64,000 bases of DNA from Candidatus Hadarchaeum yellowstonense (GCA_001515205.2 LQMQ01000007.1:6028-70027), one strand, 5' to 3'; counted from the stretch's first letter, positions 32,932 through 42,316 are shown. The notes: generated by a model not told the origin, from the letters alone. Made by a program: numbers and translations.

Positions 32932-34158
32932 ATGCTGGAGGTGCTCGTCTACGCCCTGGCGGGTGTGGTTTTAGGGACAGTGACTGGACTGATTCCGGGC
33001 CTACACGTCAACAATTTAACTCCCATCTTGATCGCGCTGGCCGCCGCTGCTTCAACGGGCATGGTGGCCCTGATAGTCGCCATGTCGATCACAAACGTTT
33101 TCACCAGCTACATCCCGGCGACTTTCTTGGCCGCACCGGAAGAAGGCACAGAACTGTCCGTGCTACCAGCCCACCGGCTTCTCCTTGAAGGGCGAGGATA
33201 CCAAGCGATCAGATTTTCGGCGATCGGTTGTCTGAGCGGCGTGATGGTGGCAGCGGCATTATCACTGCCGTTCACCGCGATCATAGCCCCGGCCTATGAG
33301 TTGATCCGCCCTCAGATGCACTGGCTGCTGATCGCCATCGCCGCGATAATGATTTTGTTGGAAAGATCATTGGAGAAGATCATCTGGGCGGTGGTGGTTT
33401 TTCTGCTGTCCGGTTTTCTTGGTCTGCTGTCGCTCGGAACCAACCTTATGCCTGCTGACGCTGCTCTCTTACCGCTTCTTTCAGGTCTTTTCGGCGCTAG
33501 CGTGCTTTTGCCCAGCATCGCACATTGCAGCACCATCCCAGAACAGCACCTGGACGAGGAACCGGTAGACATTCGTGCCTGCATCAGGCCCATCTGTGCT
33601 GGAACCGCGGCGGGGGCCTTCACGGGGATTGTGCCGAGCATCGGGCCATCGCAGGGGACCGTCCTGGCTCAATTGATTACCCGCTCACGGGGCACGGAGG
33701 AATTTCTGATCTCCGTGAGCAGCGTGAACATATCCAAGGCCATTTTCTCATTCATCGCCATCTTTGCGATTGGGAGGGCCAGAAGCGGTGCTGCCGTCGC
33801 CGTCGGCAAAATAATGGATGCCAGCAGTGTTAATCCGCCCTTGATAATCGGCGTGGCTTTGTTTGCCGGGGGGATTGCCGCCATCCTGCAGCTATCGCTG
33901 GGGCGGCTCGCCGCGAAGCATATGGACCGGTTCCCCTACCGCTGGCTCTGTCTCGCCGTTCTCGCTTTTATGGTGATATTCACCCTTTATTGCTCTGGCC
34001 TGGCGGGTATCATCGTGCTGGCGACCGCCACGGCCTTGGGGATCTTGCCAGCCGCGGCCAATATCAAGAGAACACATGCCATGGGGGTGCTCATGTTTCC
34101 CTGCATACTCTTCTTCGCCGGAATAAGAGAAAGTGTTTTAACAGCTCTTGGTCTGTAA
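32932..34158 (+). CDS. DUF112 / TctA-like polytopic membrane permease
   Basis: 408 aa with at least 10 predicted TM helices and GTVTGLIPGLHVNN near the N-terminus. The ATG directly follows the stop of the OB-fold gene. Confidence 0.7.
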   Translation: MLEVLVYALAGVVLGTVTGLIPGLHVNNLTPILIALAAAASTGMVALIVAMSITNVFTSYIPATFLAAPEEGTELSVLPAHRLLLEGRGYQAIRFSAIGCLSGVMVAAALSLPFTAIIAPAYELIRPQMHWLLIAIAAIMILLERSLEKIIWAVVVFLLSGFLGLLSLGTNLMPADAALLPLLSGLFGASVLLPSIAHCSTIPEQHLDEEPVDIRACIRPICAGTAAGAFTGIVPSIGPSQGTVLAQLITRSRGTEEFLISVSSVNISKAIFSFIAIFAIGRARSGAAVAVGKIMDASSVNPPLIIGVALFAGGIAAILQLSLGRLAAKHMDRFPYRWLCLAVLAFMVIFTLYCSGLAGIIVLATATALGILPAAANIKRTHAMGVLMFPCILFFAGIRESVLTALGL

Positions 34159-34200
34159 AAACATCCGGCGGCAAATCCAGTTTTAGGGATTGTTAAAGTA

Positions 34201-34659
34201 TTAGCCTTCCAGCTCCCCGATGTGAATTGTTTCCCAGGTCACTTTTCCCTGCTCAATGACTTCCTTGAGCTTCCTCTCCAGCGGGGTAAGGGCCGCGTTC
34301 TTGCCAGTTTTAACATCAACGAAAGTAACGCCCCTCGGCTCTCCTTCCTTGTACCCGTCAAACACCACATAATCAACGGGAGAGCCCAAGAACCTGGCAT
34401 CGGCGGGCTCATGCCGGAACAGGGGCAGAAGCGGCGCCAGCTGCTCACCTATCTTGCCCTTCAGTATGGCACGGCTTTTTTCCAGAACTTCCTGCCGGAT
34501 CCTTTCCTCGAACTCAAGTTTCCAGCGTTCAAGCTGGGCGGCCAATTGTCCCCGCAGGTAGAGATAACACAGCACTATTCCCAGCAGCATCCCCAAGATG
34601 AAAATTATTATTTCCAGTATCCGATCACCCCCCAGTAACGGATGCACCCAGAATTTCAA
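34201..34659 (-). CDS. Membrane-anchored endonuclease distantly related to archaeal Holliday-junction resolvase (Endonuc_Holl / COG4741-like)
   Basis: 152 aa with an N-terminal TM helix (ILEIIIFILGMLLGIVLCYLYL), a coiled segment, then RFLGSPVDYVVFDGYKEGEPRGVTFVDVKTGKNAALTPLERKLKEVIE, a restriction-endonuclease-like D...(D/E)xK arrangement. Confidence 0.55.
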   Translation of the reverse strand: MKFWVHPLLGGDRILEIIIFILGMLLGIVLCYLYLRGQLAAQLERWKLEFEERIRQEVLEKSRAILKGKIGEQLAPLLPLFRHEPADARFLGSPVDYVVFDGYKEGEPRGVTFVDVKTGKNAALTPLERKLKEVIEQGKVTWETIHIGELEG

Positions 34660-34749
34660 TAACTTTTTCGCTGGAAGTCAAGCCGCGACAGGTTATTAAA
34701 GGGGCGCTCAAATAGGTTGTTGAACCAAAGAGACGACCGGAGGGCGAAA

Positions 34750-35403
34750 ATGAACCTAATAATTCTGGGAGCACCTGGCTCCGGAAAAGGTACCCAAACA
34801 ACAAGGCTGAAAGCCAAATTGAACATCCCGGCCATTTCCACCGGCGATATATTCCGGAAGGAGATCAAGGAGGAAACTGAACTTGGTAAAAGAATTAAAA
34901 AATATCTGGACAGCGGCCAGCTAGTCCCCGATGAAATTGTGATTGATGTTATCAAGGAAAGGATTAAACAACCCGATTGCAAAAACGGTTTCATCCTGGA
35001 TGGGTTTCCCCGGACGCTGGAACAAGCGAAAGCACTGGACAAAATTGTGAAGATAGATGCCTGCATCAACCTCTCGGTGCCGAAGGAAATCATCGTGAAA
35101 CGGCTTTCGGCGAGAAGGACCTGCAAGAACTGCGGTGAAATCTACAACCTGCTAGTCCTGAAGCCGAAGGTCGACGGCGTCTGCGACAAATGCGGTGGAC
35201 CACTTTTCCAGCGAGACGACGACAGGGAATCTGTCATCGAGGAGAGATTTCGGGTATACGAAAGGCAGACCGAGCCCTTGTTGAAGTACTACGAAAGCAG
35301 AGTCCCGGTGATAACGGTCACCTGCAACTCCGTGGACGCTCCCCCGGAACTGATAACGGAGCAGATCATCAATGGCTTGAAGAGGTTAAAGCTGATAGAC
35401 TAG
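34750..35403 (+). CDS. adk: Adenylate kinase (long, bacterial/eukaryal type with zinc lid)
   Basis: MNLIILGAPGSGKGTQ, ISTGDIFR, ILDGFPRT and the lid CKNCGEIYN...CDKCGGPLFQRDDD. I trimmed the start to ATG 34750, with GGAGGG 8 nt upstream. Confidence 0.9.
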   Translation: MNLIILGAPGSGKGTQTTRLKAKLNIPAISTGDIFRKEIKEETELGKRIKKYLDSGQLVPDEIVIDVIKERIKQPDCKNGFILDGFPRTLEQAKALDKIVKIDACINLSVPKEIIVKRLSARRTCKNCGEIYNLLVLKPKVDGVCDKCGGPLFQRDDDRESVIEERFRVYERQTEPLLKYYESRVPVITVTCNSVDAPPELITEQIINGLKRLKLID

Positions 35404-35404
35404 T

Positions 35405-36295
35405 TTACAACGATAACAGGATCAATCCCGTCAAAACTGCTGCGATGCCTATCTTTTGATTTATTTCCACCAATTCGTGAAAAAATATCCGCGCCAGCAT
35501 GATGGTAACCATGGGAAAAGAGGCGGCGACCGGAGCCACGACAGCCGTGAATTCCGACGCCACTCCCGCCCCATAAGCCAAGAAAGCGGCTGCCTCCAAA
35601 CCACCAACGACAAGGACCATTCTTGCGACGCTTTTGGGGAATGAAACCTCTTTCCCGGCCATTCTTGAGTACGACGCTAAACTGAATACCGTAACTGCCT
35701 TTACTGAAAAAATGGGCAAAAACCAGCCGAGTTCGGCCACAAGCTGGTCAATGAAGACATAGTGCAAACCCCAAGCCAGCATGGATACAGCCGCAAACTT
35801 TGCCCCGGCGGCGAGATTTCGCAACCTGAGCCTCAACAGATCATGCAATTTGAAGGATGTTAGAAAAACCCCCGATATCGTCAGAACAACGCCGGCGGCC
35901 TGCAGGGAGGTCAGGCTCTCCTCAAGAAAAATCAAGCTCAGAATAACCGTGACCACTACCCATGAAGCCGAGATCGGGCTGACTATCGAGACCTTCCCCA
36001 GCTGCAGGCCCCTGTAAAAGGCCAGGCAGGCGACCACGTTAAGAAGGCCCGTGATCAGAATGAGGGCGACCGTGGAGGGAGATGGCATGAAAGCTCCCAG
36101 CGATACCAGTACCAGAAATAAAAATGAAAGACCGATCGTCTGCCCCCAGAAAAGGGTTTTGAACACCCCCACCTTTCTAATTGCCTTCGCGGCAAAGTAA
36201 TCCGCAGTACCCCAGCAGAGCATTGCCACTAGACCCAACGCAATACCTGGCGAAACATCCATGGGTTCACCCGATTTTAATGCGTATTTACCCAA
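35405..36295 (-). CDS. EamA-family (DMT superfamily) transporter
   Basis: 296 aa with about 10 TM helices in two similar halves. Motifs include GTADYFAAKAIRKVG and FLEESLT. Confidence 0.75.
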   Translation of the reverse strand: MGKYALKSGEPMDVSPGIALGLVAMLCWGTADYFAAKAIRKVGVFKTLFWGQTIGLSFLFLVLVSLGAFMPSPSTVALILITGLLNVVACLAFYRGLQLGKVSIVSPISASWVVVTVILSLIFLEESLTSLQAAGVVLTISGVFLTSFKLHDLLRLRLRNLAAGAKFAAVSMLAWGLHYVFIDQLVAELGWFLPIFSVKAVTVFSLASYSRMAGKEVSFPKSVARMVLVVGGLEAAAFLAYGAGVASEFTAVVAPVAASFPMVTIMLARIFFHELVEINQKIGIAAVLTGLILLSL

Positions 36296-36380
36296 ATATT
36301 TGCTTCAGCTACTGCTTATCACAACACCGATGGCGATCCTCGCCAAGCCTTTTACAAACTGCTGATCAATAATCGGTTGT

Positions 36381-38291
36381 ATGGAAAAGGTTGAACTGGT
36401 GCTGCCCGCAGGAAACGAACTTTGCCTCCGGGCTGCGGTGAAAAACGGTGCTGACGCAGTGTACTTCGGCTTGGACAAATTCAACGCAAGAATTTTGGCG
36501 GAAAACTTTAACGAAAGAAATGTCTTCGGCGCCATCCGCCACTGCCACAACAATAACGTCAGGGCCTATGTCGCTTTCAACACTTTGGTGAAAAACGATG
36601 AACTCAGGGAATACTTCAGGTTAATAAACGTCGCCTACTCTGCCGATGCCGATGCCATCATTATCCAAGACCCATGCTTCATTCCCCTGATCAAGCAGAA
36701 CTTCCCTGATCTGAAGATACACCTCTCCACTCAGGCGACGATCGTCAACAGCCACTCCGTACCAGATGGCGTCGAACGAGTTATACTTGCGAGAGAGCTG
36801 AGTTACGATGAGATAAAGGCCCTGGCACAAAAATTCCCCACCGAGGTGTTCGTCCATGGTGCCCTGTGTTTCAGCTACAGTGGGCTCTGCTTATTCTCCT
36901 CAATTGCCGGGGGCAGAAGCGGAAATCGGGGGATGTGCGCCCAGCCATGTCGGAAGAAGTATAACAACCAATATCCGCTGAGCACCATGGATCTCTGCCT
37001 CTTGCCCAAGCTGCCAGAGCTAATTAAAGCCGGGGTTGTTGCCCTGAAGGTGGAAGGCAGGCTGAGGGGCCCTCTTTATGTGGCCACCGTGGGGCGCATC
37101 TACCGAAAATACATTGACGCCTATTATCGAGGGGAATTCAACATTGACCAGAAGGACATTGAAGAGCTCATGGTGGTCTTCAACAGGGGTTTCACCACCG
37201 GATTTGCTTTTGGCGACAACGTTGTGGACCCTAAGAAGCCCATGAATCGAGGGCTGTTCCTGGGCGAACTCAGGGGCGGCAAGTTAAAGCTTAGATCAGG
37301 GTTGAAAGTTGGAGATGGCGTGGCCCTTTGGGTTGGTGATGACATCAAGGGTTACACGGTAAGGAAAATCTTAAAGGATGGGGTGGAAGTAAAAGAGGCC
37401 TTTGCCGGAGATGAAGTTGAGATAAACACCTACGGCGCGGGCGACGGTACCCCTGTTTACAAGACCTCTTCTGTTGACATGAAGTTGGAACTGGGGGAGG
37501 AAATAAAACCAGTAAAGGGTGTGATTAGAAGGACTGAAATCAGGCTGCCGGATTTCAAAGTCGTTGAGAACACCTCGGAAGTCAAAATTTTTGCCAAGAC
37601 CTACGACAAAAATGAGGCACTAGCCGCCGACAGGGCTGGAGCCGATGTGATCTACTACGATGTCCTAAAGGAAGACAGCCTGGAGGTGAAAGATCGGCTC
37701 AAGCGTTCAAGATTTTTTGTCTACACCCCGAGGATACTTTCAGACAAACAGCTGGTCGAGGTCGCTGAAAAAATAAAAGAGATAAAGCCTGACGGTGCCT
37801 TGGTGGGGAACCGGGGCTTGCTGAAGCTATTAAATGGAGTCACCATTCACCTAGATTATTCCTTCAACTGCTTCAACGACATCGACCTGAACTGTTATCC
37901 CGGCATCCCCATCATCTCGCCAGAGCTAAATTTTGAGGAGACAATTTCCCTCAAAAATAAGCGCTTCATCGTGATGATCCACGGGGACATAATTTTGATG
38001 ACCAGCAAGCAGAAATTAAAGGCCAAGGAGTTGATCGATGAAGAGGGCAGACGTTTCCGAGTCAGAGACAACCATGGTTTAACGGAGATCCTCAACGCAA
38101 GCCAGCTGGGGCTATTTAACAAGGCCCGCGATTACGTCAGAGCTGGCATAAAATATTTTTACATCGATGTCGAGAAAAACGCTGCTCGTTGGATCCGCAT
38201 TTATCGAAAAATACTAAATTTTGAACCATTCGATGACAGAGAAATAAAGAAGGGCTATACCACGGGTCACTTCAACCGAGGGGTATATTGA
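36381..38291 (+). CDS. Peptidase-U32-family protein (probable Fe-S-dependent hydroxylase type)
   Basis: 636 aa with VELVLPAGNELCLRAAVKNGADAVYFG, VFVHGALCFSYSGLCLFSSIAGGRSGNRGMCAQPCRKKY (CX6CX15CX3C) and ALKVEGRLR, plus a long C-terminal extension. Confidence 0.85.
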   Translation: MEKVELVLPAGNELCLRAAVKNGADAVYFGLDKFNARILAENFNERNVFGAIRHCHNNNVRAYVAFNTLVKNDELREYFRLINVAYSADADAIIIQDPCFIPLIKQNFPDLKIHLSTQATIVNSHSVPDGVERVILARELSYDEIKALAQKFPTEVFVHGALCFSYSGLCLFSSIAGGRSGNRGMCAQPCRKKYNNQYPLSTMDLCLLPKLPELIKAGVVALKVEGRLRGPLYVATVGRIYRKYIDAYYRGEFNIDQKDIEELMVVFNRGFTTGFAFGDNVVDPKKPMNRGLFLGELRGGKLKLRSGLKVGDGVALWVGDDIKGYTVRKILKDGVEVKEAFAGDEVEINTYGAGDGTPVYKTSSVDMKLELGEEIKPVKGVIRRTEIRLPDFKVVENTSEVKIFAKTYDKNEALAADRAGADVIYYDVLKEDSLEVKDRLKRSRFFVYTPRILSDKQLVEVAEKIKEIKPDGALVGNRGLLKLLNGVTIHLDYSFNCFNDIDLNCYPGIPIISPELNFEETISLKNKRFIVMIHGDIILMTSKQKLKAKELIDEEGRRFRVRDNHGLTEILNASQLGLFNKARDYVRAGIKYFYIDVEKNAARWIRIYRKILNFEPFDDREIKKGYTTGHFNRGVY

Positions 38292-38319
38292 TGACAAAAG
38301 CGCTCATCATTTGACTAAA

Positions 38320-38688
38320 TTATTTTGACCGCGATTTCATGGCGCGGCGGAGGTAAATTGCAGAGACAACGACCAGCGTCGCTCCAATGATGGCAAACGC
38401 CACCCTGTCGGTCAAAGCGAGTATTCTAAAGCCAGCTTGCCAGAGCAATCCTGCGCCCAATGCCACCAGAATAGGGATGTAGGTTGTCGAGGGATTGCCG
38501 CCGAAGCTTTTTTTCAAACTATCGCCGATGAGCGGCAGATAGGATATCGTAAAAACAATACCGACAACCAGCATGGCCAGATCTGTCCAAAATGAACTGG
38601 CGTAAAGCTTGGACCCCTCGAGCATTAAAAAGACCCCGGCTACCAGAAGAATTATCGCTAACGCCGGCCTTTTCAACCGAAGCACCAC
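38320..38688 (-). CDS. Hypothetical 4-TM membrane protein
   Basis: 122 aa with four hydrophobic helices and a basic C-terminus. I recognise no family. Confidence 0.5.
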   Translation of the reverse strand: MVLRLKRPALAIILLVAGVFLMLEGSKLYASSFWTDLAMLVVGIVFTISYLPLIGDSLKKSFGGNPSTTYIPILVALGAGLLWQAGFRILALTDRVAFAIIGATLVVVSAIYLRRAMKSRSK

Positions 38689-38750
38689 AATTGACTCTGA
38701 ATCTATCTATTTAAAGTTGAAATTAAACCCTCCTGATTGGTCGTGCGAAG

Positions 38751-39428
38751 ATGAGAGTTGCCGTGCTCTTCACCGGCGGTAAGGACTCCACCTACGCCAC
38801 CTACCTGTCCCTAAAAGAAGGCCTTGAGGTGAAATATCTCCTCACGATGGCCTCCAAAAACCCTTATTCTTGGATGTTTCATTCGGTGAACATCAACGCC
38901 ACGAGATATCAGGCGGAAGCCATCGGGATCAAACAGATTTTGAAACCAACGCCGGGTGAGAGGGAAAGAGAGCTGAACGACCTCAAGGAAGCCATCGCAG
39001 GGATAAGGGGGGAGATCGATGGAGTCGTCAGCGGGAGCATCTCCAGCTCCTACCAGAAAAACCGGGTTGACCTGATCGCCAAAGAACTGGGACTGGTCTC
39101 GCTAACACCGCTGTGGGGGTCTGATCCCATCGAACTCCTTCACCAGATGATAGACGCCGGCTTTGAGGCCATCATCATCAGCGTGGCCGCGCAGGGATTT
39201 GACCAGAGCTGGCTGGGCAGAAAAATCGATGCCTCCACAGTCGATGAATTGGAAAGGCTGAGCAAGAGACAGGGGATAAATCCAAGTGGTGAAGGTGGGG
39301 AGTACGAAAGCTTTGTTTTAGACGCCCCCATTTTCAAAAAAAGGATTGAACCCATCGAAGTGGAAAAGGTCTGGTGTGGAAGCAACGGATATTTACTCAT
39401 CAAGCAAGTTAAAGTTGTGGAGAAGTGA
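38751..39428 (+). CDS. dph6: Diphthine-ammonia ligase (Dph6 / MJ0570-like PP-loop ATPase)
   Basis: MRVAVLFTGGKDSTYA (SGGKDS-type PP loop) and GEGGEYESFVLDAPIF. Confidence 0.75.
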   Translation: MRVAVLFTGGKDSTYATYLSLKEGLEVKYLLTMASKNPYSWMFHSVNINATRYQAEAIGIKQILKPTPGERERELNDLKEAIAGIRGEIDGVVSGSISSSYQKNRVDLIAKELGLVSLTPLWGSDPIELLHQMIDAGFEAIIISVAAQGFDQSWLGRKIDASTVDELERLSKRQGINPSGEGGEYESFVLDAPIFKKRIEPIEVEKVWCGSNGYLLIKQVKVVEK

Positions 39429-39431
39429 ACC

Positions 39432-40460
39432 ATGAAAACCGCTCTGGTATATTCTGACAAATATCTGGAGCACAACCCCGGCATGGGCCATCCGGAGAGG
39501 CCGGAAAGGCTGAAGGCCATCGTCAATGGCTTAAAGAGATTCAGCCTCTGGAGTTCGCCGGAGATCAGAATAGTTGAGCCCAGACCGGCCGAACGTGATG
39601 ACATCGCGCTGGTCCACGACCCAGATTACATCTCGCTTGTAGAAAAAATGAGCGCGCTCGAAAGGCCGATCGACGGCGACACTCCGACGAAAAAGAACAC
39701 CTTTGAACTGGCACTACTCGCCGCTGGTGGCTCGATCAAAGCAGGTGAACTCGTGATGTCTGGCGAGTTCAAAAATGCTTTTGCTCTGGTGAGGCCGCCC
39801 GGGCATCACGCCTGCCGGAATCACGGTGGAGGGTTCTGCTACTTTAACAACATCGCGGTGATGATCGAACGCCTGAAGCGAGATTTCAGGCTGAAGAGGA
39901 TATTCGTGCTCGACTTTGACGCCCACCACGGAAATGGAACACAGGAAATATTTTACGCCGATCCCAGCGTGTTGTACATGTCGTTGCACCAGCACCCGTT
40001 AACACTTTATCCTGGAACCGGCTTCCCTGATGAAATCGGTGAAGATAAGGGGAGGGGTTTCAAAGTTAACGTTCCGCTCGAGCCCGGCAGCGGGGACATC
40101 GAGTACGGTGAGGTGATGCGGGAGATATTCGTCCCCATCTGCGAAAAATTCAGGCCAGAGTTGTTCGCGGTTTCCGCAGGATTTGACGCCCATTTTGATG
40201 ACCCCCTGACTGGCCTGCGTCTCTCCACAGAAGCTTACGGCTGGCTGACCACCATGGTGATAACTCAGGCAGAAAAGTTCTGTGAGGGCAAGGTGGTCTT
40301 CTTGCTGGAAGGAGGCTACGACCTAGAAGCCCTGGCGGGGGGCGTCGTTTATGTGGTCAGGGCAATGCTGGGGGAAAGATTCCATCCTCCGGAGGAGAGA
40401 ACGAGGCTGAAGTTAATCGATGAGTTGAAAATGCTCCTCTCAGAGAAATGGTCGCTGTGA
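39432..40460 (+). CDS. Histone deacetylase / acetoin-utilisation (AcuC) family deacetylase
   Basis: ALVRPPGHHA, VLDFDAHHGNGTQ, SAGFDAH and LLEGGYD. It starts 3 nt after the dph6 stop codon. Confidence 0.85.
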   Translation: MKTALVYSDKYLEHNPGMGHPERPERLKAIVNGLKRFSLWSSPEIRIVEPRPAERDDIALVHDPDYISLVEKMSALERPIDGDTPTKKNTFELALLAAGGSIKAGELVMSGEFKNAFALVRPPGHHACRNHGGGFCYFNNIAVMIERLKRDFRLKRIFVLDFDAHHGNGTQEIFYADPSVLYMSLHQHPLTLYPGTGFPDEIGEDKGRGFKVNVPLEPGSGDIEYGEVMREIFVPICEKFRPELFAVSAGFDAHFDDPLTGLRLSTEAYGWLTTMVITQAEKFCEGKVVFLLEGGYDLEALAGGVVYVVRAMLGERFHPPEERTRLKLIDELKMLLSEKWSL

Positions 40461-41690
40461 TCAGGTGCCAAGTTCTCTAGCTATTTGCTCCACAACTTCC
40501 ACGAATTTCTCGATTTCCTGCTCTAAGTTGAAAAAGTGAACCGAAGCCCGGACGGTGCCGTTAACCCGCAGGTGCCGCATCGTTGGCTGAGCACAATGGT
40601 GCCCCGAGCGGACGGCGATCTTGGCCAGTTCATCCAGCATTGAGGCCACATCATGGGGTCCGAGCCCGCTGACGTTGAAGCTGACCACGCCTCCACGCCG
40701 TTCCAGATCTCTAGGGCCGTAGACTTTAACCCTGCTGTTTTCTTCGATAGCGAGCATGAGCTCAATTAACTTTCTCTCCCTCTCGGCAATCTTCTCGATG
40801 CCTATGTCCATCACATACTCACATGCCCTGCCCAAGCCAATGACACCCGGAATGTTCGGCGTCCCCGCATCGAAAAGCTGGGGAGGCTCAACCAGTTTTG
40901 AAGCATGCAGCTCCACATCATCCACAATACCTCCACCAGTCAAAAGTGGCGCCAGCTCCCGAATCCTCTCCTCGCGGGCGAAGAGGAACCCTGTCCCCTG
41001 CGGTCCCAGCAGCCCTTTGTGGCCCGGAGCCGCTAAGAAATCGCAGTGAAGTCTACCGACATCGACGGGCATGTGTCCAATCGACTGCGCAGCATCCACC
41101 AAGTAGATGATGTCGTTTTCCTGGGCCAGCTTTCCAATCTCCTCGACCGGTTGAATGCTCCCGATAGCGTTGGAAACGTGGTGGGTAGCAATAAGGCGAG
41201 TGTTTTTGTCAATCGCTGCCTCAAACTCAGCGGGGTCAAGGAGGCATTCCTTGGAACTTCCCACTATCTCCAGCTTCACGCCTCGCTCCCGCTCCAACTG
41301 CTGCCAAGGAAGCAGGTTGCTGTGATGCTCGAAAACCGTGGTTATAATTTTATCACCCCTCCGGAAATCAAGTCCCCGGGCCACAAGGTTTATGGCCTCG
41401 GTTGTGTTCTTCGTGAAGATGATCTCATTAGACTTCGCTCCGATTACCCGAGCAATTTTCTCCCGGGCCGATTCAAACTCTGCAGTGGCTCTCTTAGCAG
41501 CGCGGTGGAGACCCCTTCCCACGTTTGCGCTGTACTCATGATAATAATCAAGCATTGCCTCGATTACCGGCTCCGGAGTGGGAGTTGTCGCGGCATTGTC
41601 GAGGTATATGATCCCGGTGCGCAAAAACGGTATCTCGGCCCTGACCTCTTCAACGCTTTTCGTCAAGGTTTCGCCCCGTCCTTTCTCCAA
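40461..41690 (-). CDS. Cysteine desulfurase (class-V aminotransferase, SufS/NifS-like)
   Basis: 409 aa with IYLDNAATTP, AAPGHKGLLGPQGTGFL (PLP Lys) and VRSGHHCAQP (catalytic Cys). Confidence 0.85.
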   Translation of the reverse strand: MEKGRGETLTKSVEEVRAEIPFLRTGIIYLDNAATTPTPEPVIEAMLDYYHEYSANVGRGLHRAAKRATAEFESAREKIARVIGAKSNEIIFTKNTTEAINLVARGLDFRRGDKIITTVFEHHSNLLPWQQLERERGVKLEIVGSSKECLLDPAEFEAAIDKNTRLIATHHVSNAIGSIQPVEEIGKLAQENDIIYLVDAAQSIGHMPVDVGRLHCDFLAAPGHKGLLGPQGTGFLFAREERIRELAPLLTGGGIVDDVELHASKLVEPPQLFDAGTPNIPGVIGLGRACEYVMDIGIEKIAERERKLIELMLAIEENSRVKVYGPRDLERRGGVVSFNVSGLGPHDVASMLDELAKIAVRSGHHCAQPTMRHLRVNGTVRASVHFFNLEQEIEKFVEVVEQIARELGT

Positions 41691-41745
41691 GGCTTAATCC
41701 TTTGCTGCCAATTTTAATCTGTCTGTCCCATCTAAAACCGAGCAA

Positions 41746-42003
41746 TTAAAGAAGTCGGGTAAGGCCGGTTACCTGAATATTTCCCACACCGGGGATTTTC
41801 GAGAGTTCATTTTCCAGAGGCTCTGTCCCTCCCGCCGCATCCTCAACGATCGCGACGACCTGCAGAGCCTCCAATCCAAAAGCGATTGGTTCCCGAGAAA
41901 CCGAATGCACCCTGACGCGCTTCCTGATCTCCGCCTCCATTTTTTTAAGATCAATCTCCGCGCTCTCCGGCATGATCCGCAGGGTAACAGCAACTTCCGC
42001 CAT
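41746..42003 (-). CDS. ef1b: Translation elongation factor aEF-1 beta
   Basis: MAEVAVTLRIMPESAEIDLKKMEAEIRKRV...EPIAFGLEALQVVAIVEDAAGGTEPLENELSKIPGVGNIQVTGLTRL. Confidence 0.9.
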   Translation of the reverse strand: MAEVAVTLRIMPESAEIDLKKMEAEIRKRVRVHSVSREPIAFGLEALQVVAIVEDAAGGTEPLENELSKIPGVGNIQVTGLTRLL

Positions 42004-42012
42004 CTGAACACC

Positions 42013-42177
42013 TCAAGGCCCAGTAAAACCACAGTTGGGGCAGCGGTAAGAGTTGCTCAGCCGCCGGCATTTAGCACAGCGCAAGATCTCCACCGCGCCG
42101 CATTTCGGGCAGGGAAACCTGACGACGATCTCGCCCTGAGCTATATCGCGATTGCAGGATGTGCACACGTTAACCAT
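42013..42177 (-). CDS. Zn-ribbon protein conserved next to aEF-1beta (COG2888/DUF1610-like)
   Basis: MVNVCTSCNRDIAQGEIVVRFPCPKCGAVEILRCAKCRRLSNSYRCPNCGFTGP has four CxxC pairs. The track start (GTG 42204) lies about 2-4 nt from a TATA box, so I use ATG 42177. Confidence 0.7.
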   Translation of the reverse strand: MVNVCTSCNRDIAQGEIVVRFPCPKCGAVEILRCAKCRRLSNSYRCPNCGFTGP

Positions 42178-42205
42178 GTTCTCGCCATAATCGTTGGTTG
42201 CCACA

Positions 42206-42217
42206 CCTATAAAAAGG
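42206..42217 (-). promoter_or_regulatory. Candidate TATA box of the Zn-ribbon / aEF-1beta operon
   Basis: CCTTTTTATAGG on the minus strand, centred about 35 nt upstream of ATG 42177. Confidence 0.45.
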
Positions 42218-42303
42218 ACATCTCATCCTCAGGGCATTACTCCCAGTGATGCATTGAGCTGCTGAATTGGAAAATCAACGCTTGTCTATTTTTTATTCAA
42301 TCC

Positions 42304-42316
42304 CTTTAAAAATATA
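42304..42316 (+). promoter_or_regulatory. Candidate TATA box of tRNA-Arg
   Basis: CTTTAAAAATATA, centred about 43 nt upstream of the mature tRNA 5' end. This implies a short leader. Confidence 0.4.
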
